In this document: positions 16,919 through 28,105 of the stretch, in pieces
Numbering within the stretch: position 1 is the first letter of the stretch
How the letters are laid out: each line of letters opens with the position of its first letter
NCBI GenBank assembly: GCA_013178285.1
Contig: JABLXD010000022.1
Coordinates: forward strand, 3,802 to 67,801
DNA length: 64,000 nucleotides
From: Methanofastidiosum sp.
GTDB lineage: Archaea > Methanobacteriota_B > Thermococci > Methanofastidiosales > Methanofastidiosaceae
Direction: 5' to 3'
Notes under the pieces: generated by a model
Told to the model about the DNA's origin: nothing
The model's input: the letters and a program-made list of their open reading frames with translations, nothing else
Database searches by the model: none
Translations under genes and position numbers: made by a program

Positions 16919-18154
16919 ATGCAGCTAAAATTTGATGAATCTGGATTACTAAAGCATGGGATTATAATGTTTGTTTCCCTCATTGTTGCAAGATTTTTTG
17001 GTTATCTATTCCAGATCTATGTTGCAAGATCACTGGGACCCGAAGAATATGGAGTCTTTGGTAGTTTATTTTCATTGTTTTTGATTTTGACAGTTCCGAC
17101 TGGAACAATACAAACTGTTATTTCAAGATTCACATCCGAGTATAAAGTGAAACATGACCCTGAACTCATAAATAGTTTATTATCTATTAGCTCTAAAAAA
17201 ATGAGTTTTTTTGGAATAATGGCTTGTGGCATAATGATTATATTTAGCATGCCTCTATCCAGATTTTTACATATTGGCTCTTTGTGGCCAGTTATAATAA
17301 TAGGAATTTCTGTTTTTTGGTCTTTTATATTACCAATACCACAAGGAATACTTCAGGGATTACAAAAATTCAATTGGTTTGGTACTTTTGTGATCTTGCA
17401 AACTTTGTCTAGATTTATTATGGCTATAATTTTTTTTTCATTTGGATTTGGACTAAACGGAATTTTAGCTTCTTTTAGTATTTCGCCTTTATTTCTTTTA
17501 CCAATATACTTCATACCTCTCCAAAGGATTATTAAATACAAAGCAAAAAAAATTAATTTGAATAAAAAACAGATTTACAATTATTCTTATTCGATTTTAA
17601 TATTCACTTCAATTAGCTTACTGTTTCAACAAGTAAATATTTTATTTGTGAAACATTTTTTCTCATCAGAGCAAACTGGGATTTATTTAGTGGCTTTACA
17701 GATAGGAATGATAATTCTATACCTAACGCCCGCCATTACAACCTCAATGTTTCCCAAAGTTTCAGACTTGGATGAATCAAAAGAGAGATCTAAACATATA
17801 GTTTATCAATCATTATTATATGTTGGTCTTTTTGCATTGATATTTGTAACTTTTTGTTTCTTATTCGATGGGGAGATAACTTTGTTATTGTTTGGCCAAG
17901 ACTATTTTGAATCATCTAAATTATTACCTTTATTATCTTTAGCAATGAGTTTTCTTTCACTCGGTCTTGTAATGTTTAGTTATTTGGTGGCTGTAAAAAA
18001 GTTTAATTTTTTAAAAATAATATCTATAGTTCTAGTTTTCCATGTTTGTTTGTTAATTTTATTCAATTCGACAATATTTCAAACAATAAATATTTTGTTA
18101 TTTACTAATTTATTTTTGTTTTTGATAGGATTGATTTACATATATAGATCTTAA
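16919..18154 (+). CDS. Oligosaccharide flippase (Wzx/MOP family)
   Basis: About 12 TM segments, ARSLGPEEYG motif, FPKVS; glycosylation-cluster context. Confidence 0.85.
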   Translation: MQLKFDESGLLKHGIIMFVSLIVARFFGYLFQIYVARSLGPEEYGVFGSLFSLFLILTVPTGTIQTVISRFTSEYKVKHDPELINSLLSISSKKMSFFGIMACGIMIIFSMPLSRFLHIGSLWPVIIIGISVFWSFILPIPQGILQGLQKFNWFGTFVILQTLSRFIMAIIFFSFGFGLNGILASFSISPLFLLPIYFIPLQRIIKYKAKKINLNKKQIYNYSYSILIFTSISLLFQQVNILFVKHFFSSEQTGIYLVALQIGMIILYLTPAITTSMFPKVSDLDESKERSKHIVYQSLLYVGLFALIFVTFCFLFDGEITLLLFGQDYFESSKLLPLLSLAMSFLSLGLVMFSYLVAVKKFNFLKIISIVLVFHVCLLILFNSTIFQTINILLFTNLFLFLIGLIYIYRS

Positions 18155-18286
18155 TTTTTTATTAGTTCTATAGATTGATTTTTTCATTATTTATTTGGCC
18201 ATTAATATCAAATGAAATGAGATTCTTATAAACTATTAATAAAAATATTCTTTAATTAATTTAGCATTCTATCAGTATATTGGTTA

Positions 18287-19132
18287 TTAATTTTTCTCCT
18301 TTCTACAATAAAAAATGAAATCTTTTGGATTTGATCTATCGTCATTAAGTTTTAATTTTTCTTTCATATAAAATCTATTTATAAGGGGATTACTAATTTT
18401 TCGGGTAAGTTTAGATATAGCTGGCAGTATGGTAAGATAATCTAATATCACTTCTATAGAATAATAATTTCCAACATTAAAAATATTTTCGATATTAAAA
18501 CCTGTTTTTTTTAGTTCATTTATAACATTATATTTATTTTCATTGTCATCATATACTTTTGAATTTATACTATTTTTCTTTATAATTAAGTTATAGAGAA
18601 GTAACATGTTGAAAAATATTTTTTCTATGATTTTACCAATAAATGGCCTATTTGGATTTGGCATATCAAATAATATAATTCCATCTTTCTTTAATATTCT
18701 ATTAAACTCAGATAGAATTTGAATTCTATCAACATTAGTTAAATGCCTTAATAATCTAAAGGTCACTATTAAACTAACTGAATTATCTGCAAACGGAATT
18801 TTAAATCCATTAGCCTGAACGAAATGCCAATTTTCAGAAAAGGATTTTGATTTAGCAAATCTTAACATTTCGAAACTAGTATCAATTGCAATGCCTAAGT
18901 ATGGAACTTGTATGCCTCTTGTTAGTCTACCTGTTCCAGTAGCAACTTCTAGTATTACATCTTTTTCACTAGTATTTTTTAGAATGGTAAAAAATATTTC
19001 TCTTTCCAATAGATTAGAAAGTATTCCATAAAAAGAAAAAAATCTATATTCCTCATATTTCTCAACTATTTCTTTTGGCCTATATAAATCTATTAATTCC
19101 TTTTTATCGGATACTTCTCTAATTTTTAGCAT
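18287..19132 (-). CDS. Class I SAM-dependent methyltransferase
   Basis: ILEVATGTG, IDTSFEML, IPFADNS, RILKKDG. Confidence 0.85.
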   Translation of the reverse strand: MLKIREVSDKKELIDLYRPKEIVEKYEEYRFFSFYGILSNLLEREIFFTILKNTSEKDVILEVATGTGRLTRGIQVPYLGIAIDTSFEMLRFAKSKSFSENWHFVQANGFKIPFADNSVSLIVTFRLLRHLTNVDRIQILSEFNRILKKDGIILFDMPNPNRPFIGKIIEKIFFNMLLLYNLIIKKNSINSKVYDDNENKYNVINELKKTGFNIENIFNVGNYYSIEVILDYLTILPAISKLTRKISNPLINRFYMKEKLKLNDDRSNPKDFIFYCRKEKN

Positions 19133-19145
19133 TTAATTCACTTTA

Positions 19146-20534
19146 TTACATATTACTTTTTTTAAATTTATTATATTTTGATTCGTAATAATAAGGCTCA
19201 ACGTATTTTGGCTTTTTTTGAGCCAATTCTGAATCTTCTTCAAATATTTCAGTTAGCACTCTTCCATCCATGTCTGAAGGTATTGGAATGTCAAGTATAT
19301 GTAAAATTGTTGGAGTGATATCATATATTTTGACATCTTCTATCATTTGATTATTTTTTATTTCTGGACCAGATGAAAGAAATATTCCTTTAACGTCATG
19401 AGTATATGAAATAAATTTTTCTCTCTCATTTTTCTTAAATAAAGAGGTAGATATTAACTTATTAGATTCTATTATGATATCTGGTTTAAGTCCAAAAGCC
19501 TTTTTATTAGGTGTTATTGTATAAATATTTTTAATATTATTTGAGTTCTTTAATTTATTTATTATGTCTTTCTTATATTTTTTGTCAATAATATAAATTG
19601 GTGCATAATTAGTCTCAAAAAAAGAATAAGAAAATGCTTTGGTGTTATTTATGTCCATAAGATCCAAATTAAATTGTGTTCCATTATTTCTTTTACTTTT
19701 TTGCCTGGATGCGCTGCTAAAAAAATTATAATATTTAACAAGTCTGTCTTTATTGATTAATTTAATGATGAAATTTGAGATAATTAATTTGAATTTGGAT
19801 TTTAACAGTATTTTTAAGAATCCATTGTCTTTTAAAAAAATATTTATATAAAATACTTCACTTTCTTTTTTAATCCCGTGATCACTAACAATAAATAAGT
19901 TTGTTGGATTAATTTTATCAATAAGTAATTTTATTGTTTTATCCATTAAAATTTGACATTTTTCCATTTCTCCATCGTCTAATGTAAGATGTGAGATATT
20001 ATCAGGTATGCCAAATCTAATGAAATATGCATCATGACAATATTTTTCATGAAAATTAGATACAGTTTCTAAAATTTTTTCTAATTCTTTATATACCTCT
20101 TTTGTAGATTTCTCCATATTTAATGGGGCAAAATCCAATCCAATTAAATGGCCATTTATTGGATAATGCGTATAAGTTCCGGGTATGTTTATTATAAATG
20201 ACTTATAATTTTCTTTAGAAATTATGTCCCAAATGAAATTACCTTTCCATTTATCACTTAAGGCAAGTTTTGTCTCTATTTTATTATTTTCACTATTAAA
20301 TTCTAAAATTTTAAAATCATAAACTCCAAATTTTTCTTGTTTCTTTCCAGTGAACATACTTGGCCAGGCGCGAATTGATATTGGTGGCATAGTACTTTCT
20401 AAATTGGCACAAGTACCATTATCTATAAGCGATTTAAAAGTACGTAATTTATTTTCTTTGACTAAAGGCATTATTAAGTCCCAAGTTGCTCCGTCAAGTC
20501 CAATAACAAGAATTTTTGGAGAGTTATTTTTCAT
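19146..20534 (-). CDS. Alkaline phosphatase superfamily / type I phosphodiesterase
   Basis: IGLDGA, STMPPIS..AW.SMFTG, SDHG, THDVKGIF, DITPTIL. Confidence 0.85.
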   Translation of the reverse strand: MKNNSPKILVIGLDGATWDLIMPLVKENKLRTFKSLIDNGTCANLESTMPPISIRAWPSMFTGKKQEKFGVYDFKILEFNSENNKIETKLALSDKWKGNFIWDIISKENYKSFIINIPGTYTHYPINGHLIGLDFAPLNMEKSTKEVYKELEKILETVSNFHEKYCHDAYFIRFGIPDNISHLTLDDGEMEKCQILMDKTIKLLIDKINPTNLFIVSDHGIKKESEVFYINIFLKDNGFLKILLKSKFKLIISNFIIKLINKDRLVKYYNFFSSASRQKSKRNNGTQFNLDLMDINNTKAFSYSFFETNYAPIYIIDKKYKKDIINKLKNSNNIKNIYTITPNKKAFGLKPDIIIESNKLISTSLFKKNEREKFISYTHDVKGIFLSSGPEIKNNQMIEDVKIYDITPTILHILDIPIPSDMDGRVLTEIFEEDSELAQKKPKYVEPYYYESKYNKFKKSNM

Positions 20535-20882
20535 TTAACTCCTCTCTGTCTTCATGATAGTCTTGATTTTATTACTCTTTTTTAAAACTTGGTTACAACC
20601 TAAATAACTCGATATGAATTTCAAGAATAATAAAAAGATAATAATCAAAATAGAAACATATAAATTATTTAAAAATGTAATTTTTATTTTAAGTAATTTA
20701 TTGATAATATAAATTGTAACGAATGAAAAAGATAAGGATAGTAAGAATGAAATTAGACATATTTCTATCGCTTTCATATATTTATTTAAATCTAAAGTAT
20801 AAATTAGAATAAATCCAGGTAAGAAAAATATAATTATACTCATGACAATTATTCTTATTATATTTAACATACTAATTATCAC
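20535..20882 (-). CDS. Small membrane protein (DUF1616-like)
   Basis: FFLPGF motif, 3 TM segments. Confidence 0.55.
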   Translation of the reverse strand: MIISMLNIIRIIVMSIIIFFLPGFILIYTLDLNKYMKAIEICLISFLLSLSFSFVTIYIINKLLKIKITFLNNLYVSILIIIFLLFLKFISSYLGCNQVLKKSNKIKTIMKTERS

Positions 20883-22551
20883 TCCTTGTGAAAATCATTA
20901 TGTTAGTATTTTGAAAAACAAGTTGATAATTACTTGATGTAATAAACTTGTTAATTATCTGTTCATTGTTTATTGGAATATAAATATACTTAATATTATA
21001 TTCATTTAAAATCAATTTTGAGTCTGCAGAGTCGGGGTATTTGAATATATTGGATATATTGTCTTTATTTTTCCATTCGTTATACACAATTGTGTATTTA
21101 GATCGAAATATCTCCTCTGATAAAAAAGGGGATAAAACTTTCAAGAGAATAGTATCTTTATTTGAATAGTATATTCTATCTGATAATTGATCAAATTTAG
21201 TATCAATTAGCCAACCAAAAATTATTTTTCTGCTTGTGAAATAAGGCATCCATTTTAAATAAAAATTTGATGAATCATAATATGTTACTATCACATCGTC
21301 TTCTAAAGTATTTGACTTTATCCAAACAAAGGAATTCATATGCTCTTTTAATGGAAAAACATTTTCTTTTGTATATATATTAAGATTAATATTTTGATAG
21401 GATAATACATTTGATATTGAGACAATTAATATAAGGACTAACACTACTGGAAAAATATTTTTTAATTTTTTTAGTAAATGATTTTCTATAATTTCATTTA
21501 GGCCAAAGGTACCAAAAAATATTATAGGTATTGATCCATATAGCAATATCCTGTTATTAATAAAATAAAAACCTAAAAAGTACGAATAACCAAGAGCTAG
21601 TATGACTACAAGAAAAGAAAGCATTAATAATTTTATTGGATCTAAAAATCGTGATTTCGTAAAATATACAATGGAACAACCTGCTAAGAAAGTTGGAATA
21701 TATCCCCAAGCAAATAAAAGATCTTGGATAGGATAACTGATTCTCATTTCTTGAGAGGCATCTGCTTGTATATAAAGAAACTTTAATATAAAAGTTTCAA
21801 AATTTATTTTTGCTCCTGCTATGGTAATGAATTCTTTTGCCCCTAGAAATATTGCTAAAAAAATCAGTAATAGAACTAAAATATACTTAAATTTTTTTCC
21901 AACTACTATATATTCTATAAAAATGAAAAGCATGAAACCTAATCCTAATAAAAAAAAAGACAATAAATGTATAAAAATTAATGAAAAAAAACAAAATACG
22001 AATAAAAAAAGCCATTTGAGATTTGTTGTGTTATAGTATTTATTTAAAAATAATATGGATAATAAAATATAAACTAAGGCTAAAATTGTATGATTTGTAG
22101 ACCAAATCATATCTCTAGATAATGTAGGAGATATTAAAACTAGTAAAATGCTATATAATTTCAGATTTTTTTCTTTTTCGTCTTTAAAAAGGGTATAAAA
22201 TAAAAGTGGTATGCATAATAATAATAGGTAATTAAAAATGCCATGAAAGATATGTGTACTTAAACTAAAAATTTCACTAATATTTAATAAAATAATTTGA
22301 GTTATAGGATAATAAATAAGAGCGCCAGGTTTATATTTTTCTATTGAGTATCCTGTATTGTGGACAAACGAAGGATTGAATATCCCTTTCTCAATTAAAA
22401 TGCGTGTACCAACCATTTCTGCTATAGCATCTTCATCTTGAGGTATTCCTTCATAAAATTGAGAAGAGTTGACTGTAAAAGGAATATAATTAGTAATGCA
22501 AAATAGTAAAAATACTAGTAAGAATATATATTTGCTATTTTCACTTTTCAT
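20872..22551 (-). CDS. Multi-pass membrane protein, GT-C-like glycosyltransferase or ligase
   Basis: Start MKSENSK at 22551; 11-12 TM segments, WIKSNTxxDDVI, C-terminal YNIKYIY soluble tail. Confidence 0.55.
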   Translation of the reverse strand: MKSENSKYIFLLVFLLFCITNYIPFTVNSSQFYEGIPQDEDAIAEMVGTRILIEKGIFNPSFVHNTGYSIEKYKPGALIYYPITQIILLNISEIFSLSTHIFHGIFNYLLLLCIPLLFYTLFKDEKEKNLKLYSILLVLISPTLSRDMIWSTNHTILALVYILLSILFLNKYYNTTNLKWLFLFVFCFFSLIFIHLLSFFLLGLGFMLFIFIEYIVVGKKFKYILVLLLIFLAIFLGAKEFITIAGAKINFETFILKFLYIQADASQEMRISYPIQDLLFAWGYIPTFLAGCSIVYFTKSRFLDPIKLLMLSFLVVILALGYSYFLGFYFINNRILLYGSIPIIFFGTFGLNEIIENHLLKKLKNIFPVVLVLILIVSISNVLSYQNINLNIYTKENVFPLKEHMNSFVWIKSNTLEDDVIVTYYDSSNFYLKWMPYFTSRKIIFGWLIDTKFDQLSDRIYYSNKDTILLKVLSPFLSEEIFRSKYTIVYNEWKNKDNISNIFKYPDSADSKLILNEYNIKYIYIPINNEQIINKFITSSNYQLVFQNTNIMIFTRSDN

Positions 22552-23725
22552 AGAGATCCTCTGTTTTTTTGATATAATTATCGATTGAATAATATTTTGA
22601 GGTATTATAAGTTCCTTTTTCAATTTTTTTAATTTCTTTTGTATCATTGATTAATCTTTCAATTATTTCTTTAAGTTGGATTAAATTACCTGGCTCAAAT
22701 AAATAACCATTTACTCCATCTTCGATTAATTCAGGTATCCCCCCTATGTCACTAGCAACTACTGGAGTTCCATATTTAAAGCTCTCATATATTACCATAG
22801 GTGAGTTATCATACCAAATTGAAGGAACAACGCAAATATTAGCCTTTTTATAAAATCTAACTAGTTCTTTATCAGATACAAAACCATGAAAAATAATTCT
22901 TGTATCTTCTTTAGAAAACTCTTTAAGTTCGTTCTCATCTTCTCCCTTTCCAACTATATTGAGAACGAGATTATCTTTTTTTATTCTTTTAAAAGTTTCA
23001 ATTAATATGTGGGGGCCTTTATGTTTACTTAAGTTTCCAACAAAGAGAATATTTATTGATGAATAATTTTTTTTTGTTAATTTATTATTTAATTCAAGAC
23101 CTAAAGGGATTTTAACTGATTTTGTTTTAATTAAAAATTTATTTTCTTTTAATTTATCAATAACAAATTGTGAAGGTGAAGTAAATATATAAGGAGAATT
23201 TTTGTCAAAAACGTATTTTTGTAAAGCTATATACAGCTTACATAGAATTGATTTTTTATTACAGATTTTTCCATGTCTATTTAATAAATTTGCTCTAGGG
23301 CATATTAATGAATAATCATGTGCAGTAAATATGAAAGGGATACCTAAAGACTTAGCAGCACTAAAAGCGGATAAGGACAATCCTTTATAATTGTTAATAT
23401 GCACAATATCGGGCAATTCTTCTTTAAGAATATTCTTTATTTTAAAATACATAAATGGATTCCACAAATCAATGACGTGCCAAATAGGTTTTATTATATT
23501 TGGATATTTTTGAGCTTTATATGCAGGATATAAATTAAAAGGATTAATTCGATATACTCTTATCCCATTAGACTCTTCATGAAAATATTTCCTTTCTGAA
23601 TTCGTCGCTATTATAAATATTTCGTATCCATTTTTTTTTAGACCTTCAGCTAATTTTTGTACAATTACCTCTGCACCGCCTATAATATCTGGAGGATAAA
23701 GAGTATTTATTAAGCAGATTTTCAT
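22541..23725 (-). CDS. GT4 glycosyltransferase
   Basis: GGAE, PSIWYDNSPMVIYES, SDIGGIPE. Confidence 0.9.
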   Translation of the reverse strand: MKICLINTLYPPDIIGGAEVIVQKLAEGLKKNGYEIFIIATNSERKYFHEESNGIRVYRINPFNLYPAYKAQKYPNIIKPIWHVIDLWNPFMYFKIKNILKEELPDIVHINNYKGLSLSAFSAAKSLGIPFIFTAHDYSLICPRANLLNRHGKICNKKSILCKLYIALQKYVFDKNSPYIFTSPSQFVIDKLKENKFLIKTKSVKIPLGLELNNKLTKKNYSSINILFVGNLSKHKGPHILIETFKRIKKDNLVLNIVGKGEDENELKEFSKEDTRIIFHGFVSDKELVRFYKKANICVVPSIWYDNSPMVIYESFKYGTPVVASDIGGIPELIEDGVNGYLFEPGNLIQLKEIIERLINDTKEIKKIEKGTYNTSKYYSIDNYIKKTEDLYEK

Positions 23726-24888
23726 AAGAATTCCTTAAATATTTTTATCGTTGATTTACTAGATTTTTCCCAGGTATATTTTTCTTCAATTAATTTGCGT
23801 CCATTAATTCCCATTTTTTTTGCCATTTCTTCATCTTTGAGTAGCATAATTATAGATTTAGCAAGTTCATCAGATTTTTTTGGGGTTACCAATATCCCTG
23901 TTTCACCATCTTTAATAACATATTTTATTCCACCTACATTTGAACCAATAACTGGTTTTCCACAAGCATTGCCCTCAATTAAAGTCATCCCAAATCCTTC
24001 AGAGATGTTGGTAGAAGGAAGTGTTACTATATCTGAACTTTTATAATATTCAATTAGTTTAGATTCTTCTACGTAACCAGTAAAAATAATATTATCGTGA
24101 ATTCCAAGATTCATCGATAAATTTTTATATTCTGGTATCATGTCACTACTACCTACAATTACAAGATACACATTTTTTACTTCATTTAATACCGTCTTGA
24201 AAGATTCTATTAAAATATCTACACCTTTGTGTGTGTGTGATCTATTTAATTGGCCTACAAATAATATTATTTTAGATGAATAATTTAGATTATAATCTTC
24301 ATGCAATTCATTTGATTCATCTAGATTATATTTCTTAATATCTACTCCTGGTGGAATCCACTTTAACTTTTCTTTATAGTTACTTAGAATTTTTGATTCA
24401 TTAAAACAATAAGGAGAAGGTGTAATGATTGAAGATGAATTCTTTAGAGTATTCTTGCATAGAGTATTATTGTAAATATTACTAATTAAATTCATGAAAG
24501 AATCATCTTTCACAAGATCATTGTGATATGTTAGTATAAATGGAATACTATTCTTTTTACTTATTACAGATGCGATATCTGCATAGTATGGAACTGGCAT
24601 ATAAGAAGTAATTAAAGTATATTTTTCATTTTTTACTAATCTTTTTAATATAGTATGGAGAGATATTTTCACTGGCGTGTTTGAAATAACAAAATCCGGT
24701 AAGTGTCGGATAACATTAATACCATCAATATAATTTTTTTCTTTGGATAGAATAGAACTACATACCCTAGTTACATTGAAATTTTTTTTGACCAATTCTT
24801 TCTCTATATTATGTGTATAATTCTCGGCACCCCCTTTTTCTGGAAATGAATATGGAGTAACTGATAAAATATTTACTTCTTCAGGCAT
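23722..24888 (-). CDS. GT4 glycosyltransferase
   Basis: GGAE, EGFGMTLIEGNACGKPVIGS. Confidence 0.9.
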   Translation of the reverse strand: MPEEVNILSVTPYSFPEKGGAENYTHNIEKELVKKNFNVTRVCSSILSKEKNYIDGINVIRHLPDFVISNTPVKISLHTILKRLVKNEKYTLITSYMPVPYYADIASVISKKNSIPFILTYHNDLVKDDSFMNLISNIYNNTLCKNTLKNSSSIITPSPYCFNESKILSNYKEKLKWIPPGVDIKKYNLDESNELHEDYNLNYSSKIILFVGQLNRSHTHKGVDILIESFKTVLNEVKNVYLVIVGSSDMIPEYKNLSMNLGIHDNIIFTGYVEESKLIEYYKSSDIVTLPSTNISEGFGMTLIEGNACGKPVIGSNVGGIKYVIKDGETGILVTPKKSDELAKSIIMLLKDEEMAKKMGINGRKLIEEKYTWEKSSKSTIKIFKEFL

Positions 24889-26008
24889 GATTAACCTCTC
24901 TATAATAATTTATGATTTTATTTGTTATGATACTCCAATCGTATTTCTTAGCAAATTCGATACATCTCTTTTTATTTTCTTCTTTTAAATGGATTATTTC
25001 TAATATATTTTTAGAAAAATCATTTTCAGAGATTTTACTAACTCGTCCATTATAATCGTATATCAAATATTTTGCGGCATTCATTTCATGATTACTAGTT
25101 ACTACAGGCAATCCACAAGCATTTGCTTCTAGAACAACTATTCCAAATCCTTCTCTTGAGGACGGCAGAACGAAAACTTTTGAAGATTTCATAAGGGAAA
25201 TTAAATCTGTGTGCTCACCTATAAATGCTAAAAAAGAAACGTTATTATTCAAGTTTAAGTTATTTGCTAATATTATTAGTTTTTCTTTTTCAGGACCATC
25301 TCCAACAATATTACATTTTATATTGGGAATTTCTTTTTTTAATAGATAGATAGATCTTAATAATAAATATAGATTTTTATGTTCGATTAGCCTTCCAACA
25401 AAAATTATATCTGATTTATTTTCTGATGGGTTAACTCTTGATATAAAATCATATTCAATGCCAACCGGTATTATTTGTATAGATCCTTTGCATCCAATCT
25501 TTTCTAGATTTAACTTTGTTAACTCAGAAACAGCAATGTTGTAATTTGTAATTTTTGAGACAAATTTTTCTATTATCTTTCCAAAAACTCCCTTTTTACC
25601 TAAATACTCATACCAATAATTATCCCAAACTTCATGCCAAGTTATTATCAATTTTTTTCTTTTTAATAGAGATACTAATTTAGCCGTAAGACATGAAAAA
25701 TACGGAAAATTCTGACAATCGATTATTTCATAATCTCCTTTTAATAATGGGAAGAATAGTCTAATTGAGAAATATAAGGCCTCTTTTATAGATCTTTTAT
25801 CATTTTTATATAATTCTAAACTCTTACAAACACCATGCAGGTATACTCCTTGATTTATAATTACATTTTCTCCGTCCCAATATTTCATGCAATAGATGTG
25901 TATTTCATGTCCTTCTGATGCCAATCTATTTGTGATATCCCATAAACGTTTCTCCATTCCTCCTTTACTATAGGGATAAATTACATCAATAACTATAGCA
26001 ATCTTCAA
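24881..26008 (-). CDS. GT4 glycosyltransferase
   Basis: GGMEKR, PSSREGFGIVVLEANACGLPVV. Confidence 0.9.
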   Translation of the reverse strand: MKIAIVIDVIYPYSKGGMEKRLWDITNRLASEGHEIHIYCMKYWDGENVIINQGVYLHGVCKSLELYKNDKRSIKEALYFSIRLFFPLLKGDYEIIDCQNFPYFSCLTAKLVSLLKRKKLIITWHEVWDNYWYEYLGKKGVFGKIIEKFVSKITNYNIAVSELTKLNLEKIGCKGSIQIIPVGIEYDFISRVNPSENKSDIIFVGRLIEHKNLYLLLRSIYLLKKEIPNIKCNIVGDGPEKEKLIILANNLNLNNNVSFLAFIGEHTDLISLMKSSKVFVLPSSREGFGIVVLEANACGLPVVTSNHEMNAAKYLIYDYNGRVSKISENDFSKNILEIIHLKEENKKRCIEFAKKYDWSIITNKIINYYREVNHA

Positions 26009-26042
26009 GCAATCACGATTTTATATTTTAGATTATCTCCAT

Positions 26043-26948
26043 TTATTTGTTCAACAAGTAAGTAATCCCTTGCTTCAATCCAATTTTGGCCTCAAATCCA
26101 AGTTCTTTTTTGCTCTTTGACGTATCTGCCAAGGTATCTTTGACATATCCTTTTATTGGATTATCCAAATAGCTTGGAATAATAGAAGTATTTAGACTAT
26201 CGTTTATTAGCTCTACAACTTCATTCAAACTATAGGAAACTCCAGTTCCGATATTGTAAATTCCAAACTTGAGTTTAGAATTAAAAGTTTTCAAAATACC
26301 ATTGGTTACATCATCTACATAGATGAAATCCCTTCGTTGCTCTCCATCTCCATATATGATTGGAGATTTTCCATTTTTCATATCCCATAAGAATTGAGAT
26401 ACTAAATTTGCATATCTTCCTTTTGATCTTTCATTTGGGCCATAAACTGAGAAGAATCTAAGCCCAATTGACATAGTTTCATGCCAATCATGATGTAAAC
26501 TAGCCAATCTTTCCATTGCGTATCTAGTTTCTGTGTAGTAATCCTTAACAAATATATCCATATCTTCTCTCCAAGGTGTAGGATTTCCATTGTAGATTGA
26601 AGAAGTAGAGGCCCAGACAATTTTAACATTTAAGCTCTGGCTAAGCTTTAACATATTAATAAAGTCGTTTATGGCAATTCCTAGTAAAGAAGGATTTTCT
26701 TTATACATCGGAGAGGAAGAATAGATTCCTAAATGAAATATTCCATCTATGTCCTTAACATCTTGTTGGGAAATATCTCCTATATTTTTATTGATAAAAT
26801 CAATATCTTTGTTATATTTTGCAATATTATCTAAAGAGCCAGTATGTAGATTATCTGCAACTATCGTTTCATTTCCTTTTTTTATTAATTCGTCAACTAG
26901 ATGACTTCCTATGAAACCTGCGCCACCAGTAACTAAGTATTTTGACAT
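26043..26948 (-). CDS. NAD-dependent sugar epimerase/dehydratase
   Basis: TGGAGFIGS; YTETR replaces YxxxK; RFFSVYGP; RDFIYVDD. Confidence 0.85.
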   Translation of the reverse strand: MSKYLVTGGAGFIGSHLVDELIKKGNETIVADNLHTGSLDNIAKYNKDIDFINKNIGDISQQDVKDIDGIFHLGIYSSSPMYKENPSLLGIAINDFINMLKLSQSLNVKIVWASTSSIYNGNPTPWREDMDIFVKDYYTETRYAMERLASLHHDWHETMSIGLRFFSVYGPNERSKGRYANLVSQFLWDMKNGKSPIIYGDGEQRRDFIYVDDVTNGILKTFNSKLKFGIYNIGTGVSYSLNEVVELINDSLNTSIIPSYLDNPIKGYVKDTLADTSKSKKELGFEAKIGLKQGITYLLNK

Positions 26949-28105
26949 TAAGATCCCCTCGTTGAATATATATGTTTGATATTAAAAATACTCATGACAA
27001 ATGATGTAAACATTATCTCTATTCCTATAATAAAGATTGTGAGTGCTAGTATGGCAAGTCTCAATGATGAAACGGGGAGCGCACCCATACCATTAGAGGT
27101 CCAAGCCAAAAGTATCCATAAATTGAAAATAAATCCAAGTATAGATATTATCCCTCCAATTTTTAATCCGCTTTCCAAACTGAAGTGTGAATGATAAAAA
27201 CTAACAGTCCTACTCTCCGGTATAAGCCCTTCAGTAACACCGTACTCCTTCACAATTAGGGAGTAGAGAATTATCTGGAATCCAAATAATGTAAGTAAAC
27301 TACCTAATACCATCGGGTGTATATCAAGTTTGATCACACCCACCCTCAATGGTCCAAATAACAATAAAGTCATAAGTATTAGTCCACAACCAAATAACAA
27401 TAATCCTGGGATCATGAAGAGGTAGTTTGGTGCAAGAAGCATCATAAATCTTAAGTGTCTCCACCCATCGGCGAATGAACTTATCTTTGCTTCACTACCG
27501 TTTCTTGGATAGAGTTTTATCGGAACTTCCTTTATAACTAATTTCTTCTGAATTGCCTTTATAATCATCTCTGAGGCAAACTCCATCCCACCTGTCTTAA
27601 GATCAAGTTTCTTCCAGGCATCTCTTGTAAATCCCCTCATTCCACAATGGGTATCAGAAACTTTTCCATGAAAGAATAAGTTCAATACTCTAGTCAATAG
27701 AGGATTTCCGATATATCGATGTAAGAATGGCATTGCGCCTTTTTCAATACCACCACCAAATCTATTTCCAATAACAAAGTCAGCTTCTTTGTTTTGAAGT
27801 GGCCCTAAAAACTTCGGTAGTTCCAGAAAATCGTAGGTGTCATCAGCATCCCCAATTATAATGTATTTTCCTTTAGAAGCGTTTATTCCATCAAGGTAAG
27901 CGTTGCCATATCCCTTTTCCTTAGGATGTATAACTCTTGCACCCTTTGATCTTGCAATTTCAGGAGTTGAATCTGTTGAACTATCTGAAACTACTATTTC
28001 GCCGTTTATTTTGTATTCATTGAAGATTTTATTTATCTTATCGATGCAAATACCGATGGTCTTCTCCTCGTTTAGTGTCGGTATAACGACTGAAACTTCA
28101 ATCAT
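26948..28105 (-). CDS. GT2 glycosyltransferase (Dol-P-sugar synthase-like) with C-terminal TM helices
   Basis: VIPTLNEE, GYGNA, GDADDTY, HCGMRGF, MEFASEM. Confidence 0.85.
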   Translation of the reverse strand: MIEVSVVIPTLNEEKTIGICIDKINKIFNEYKINGEIVVSDSSTDSTPEIARSKGARVIHPKEKGYGNAYLDGINASKGKYIIIGDADDTYDFLELPKFLGPLQNKEADFVIGNRFGGGIEKGAMPFLHRYIGNPLLTRVLNLFFHGKVSDTHCGMRGFTRDAWKKLDLKTGGMEFASEMIIKAIQKKLVIKEVPIKLYPRNGSEAKISSFADGWRHLRFMMLLAPNYLFMIPGLLLFGCGLILMTLLLFGPLRVGVIKLDIHPMVLGSLLTLFGFQIILYSLIVKEYGVTEGLIPESRTVSFYHSHFSLESGLKIGGIISILGFIFNLWILLAWTSNGMGALPVSSLRLAILALTIFIIGIEIMFTSFVMSIFNIKHIYSTRGS

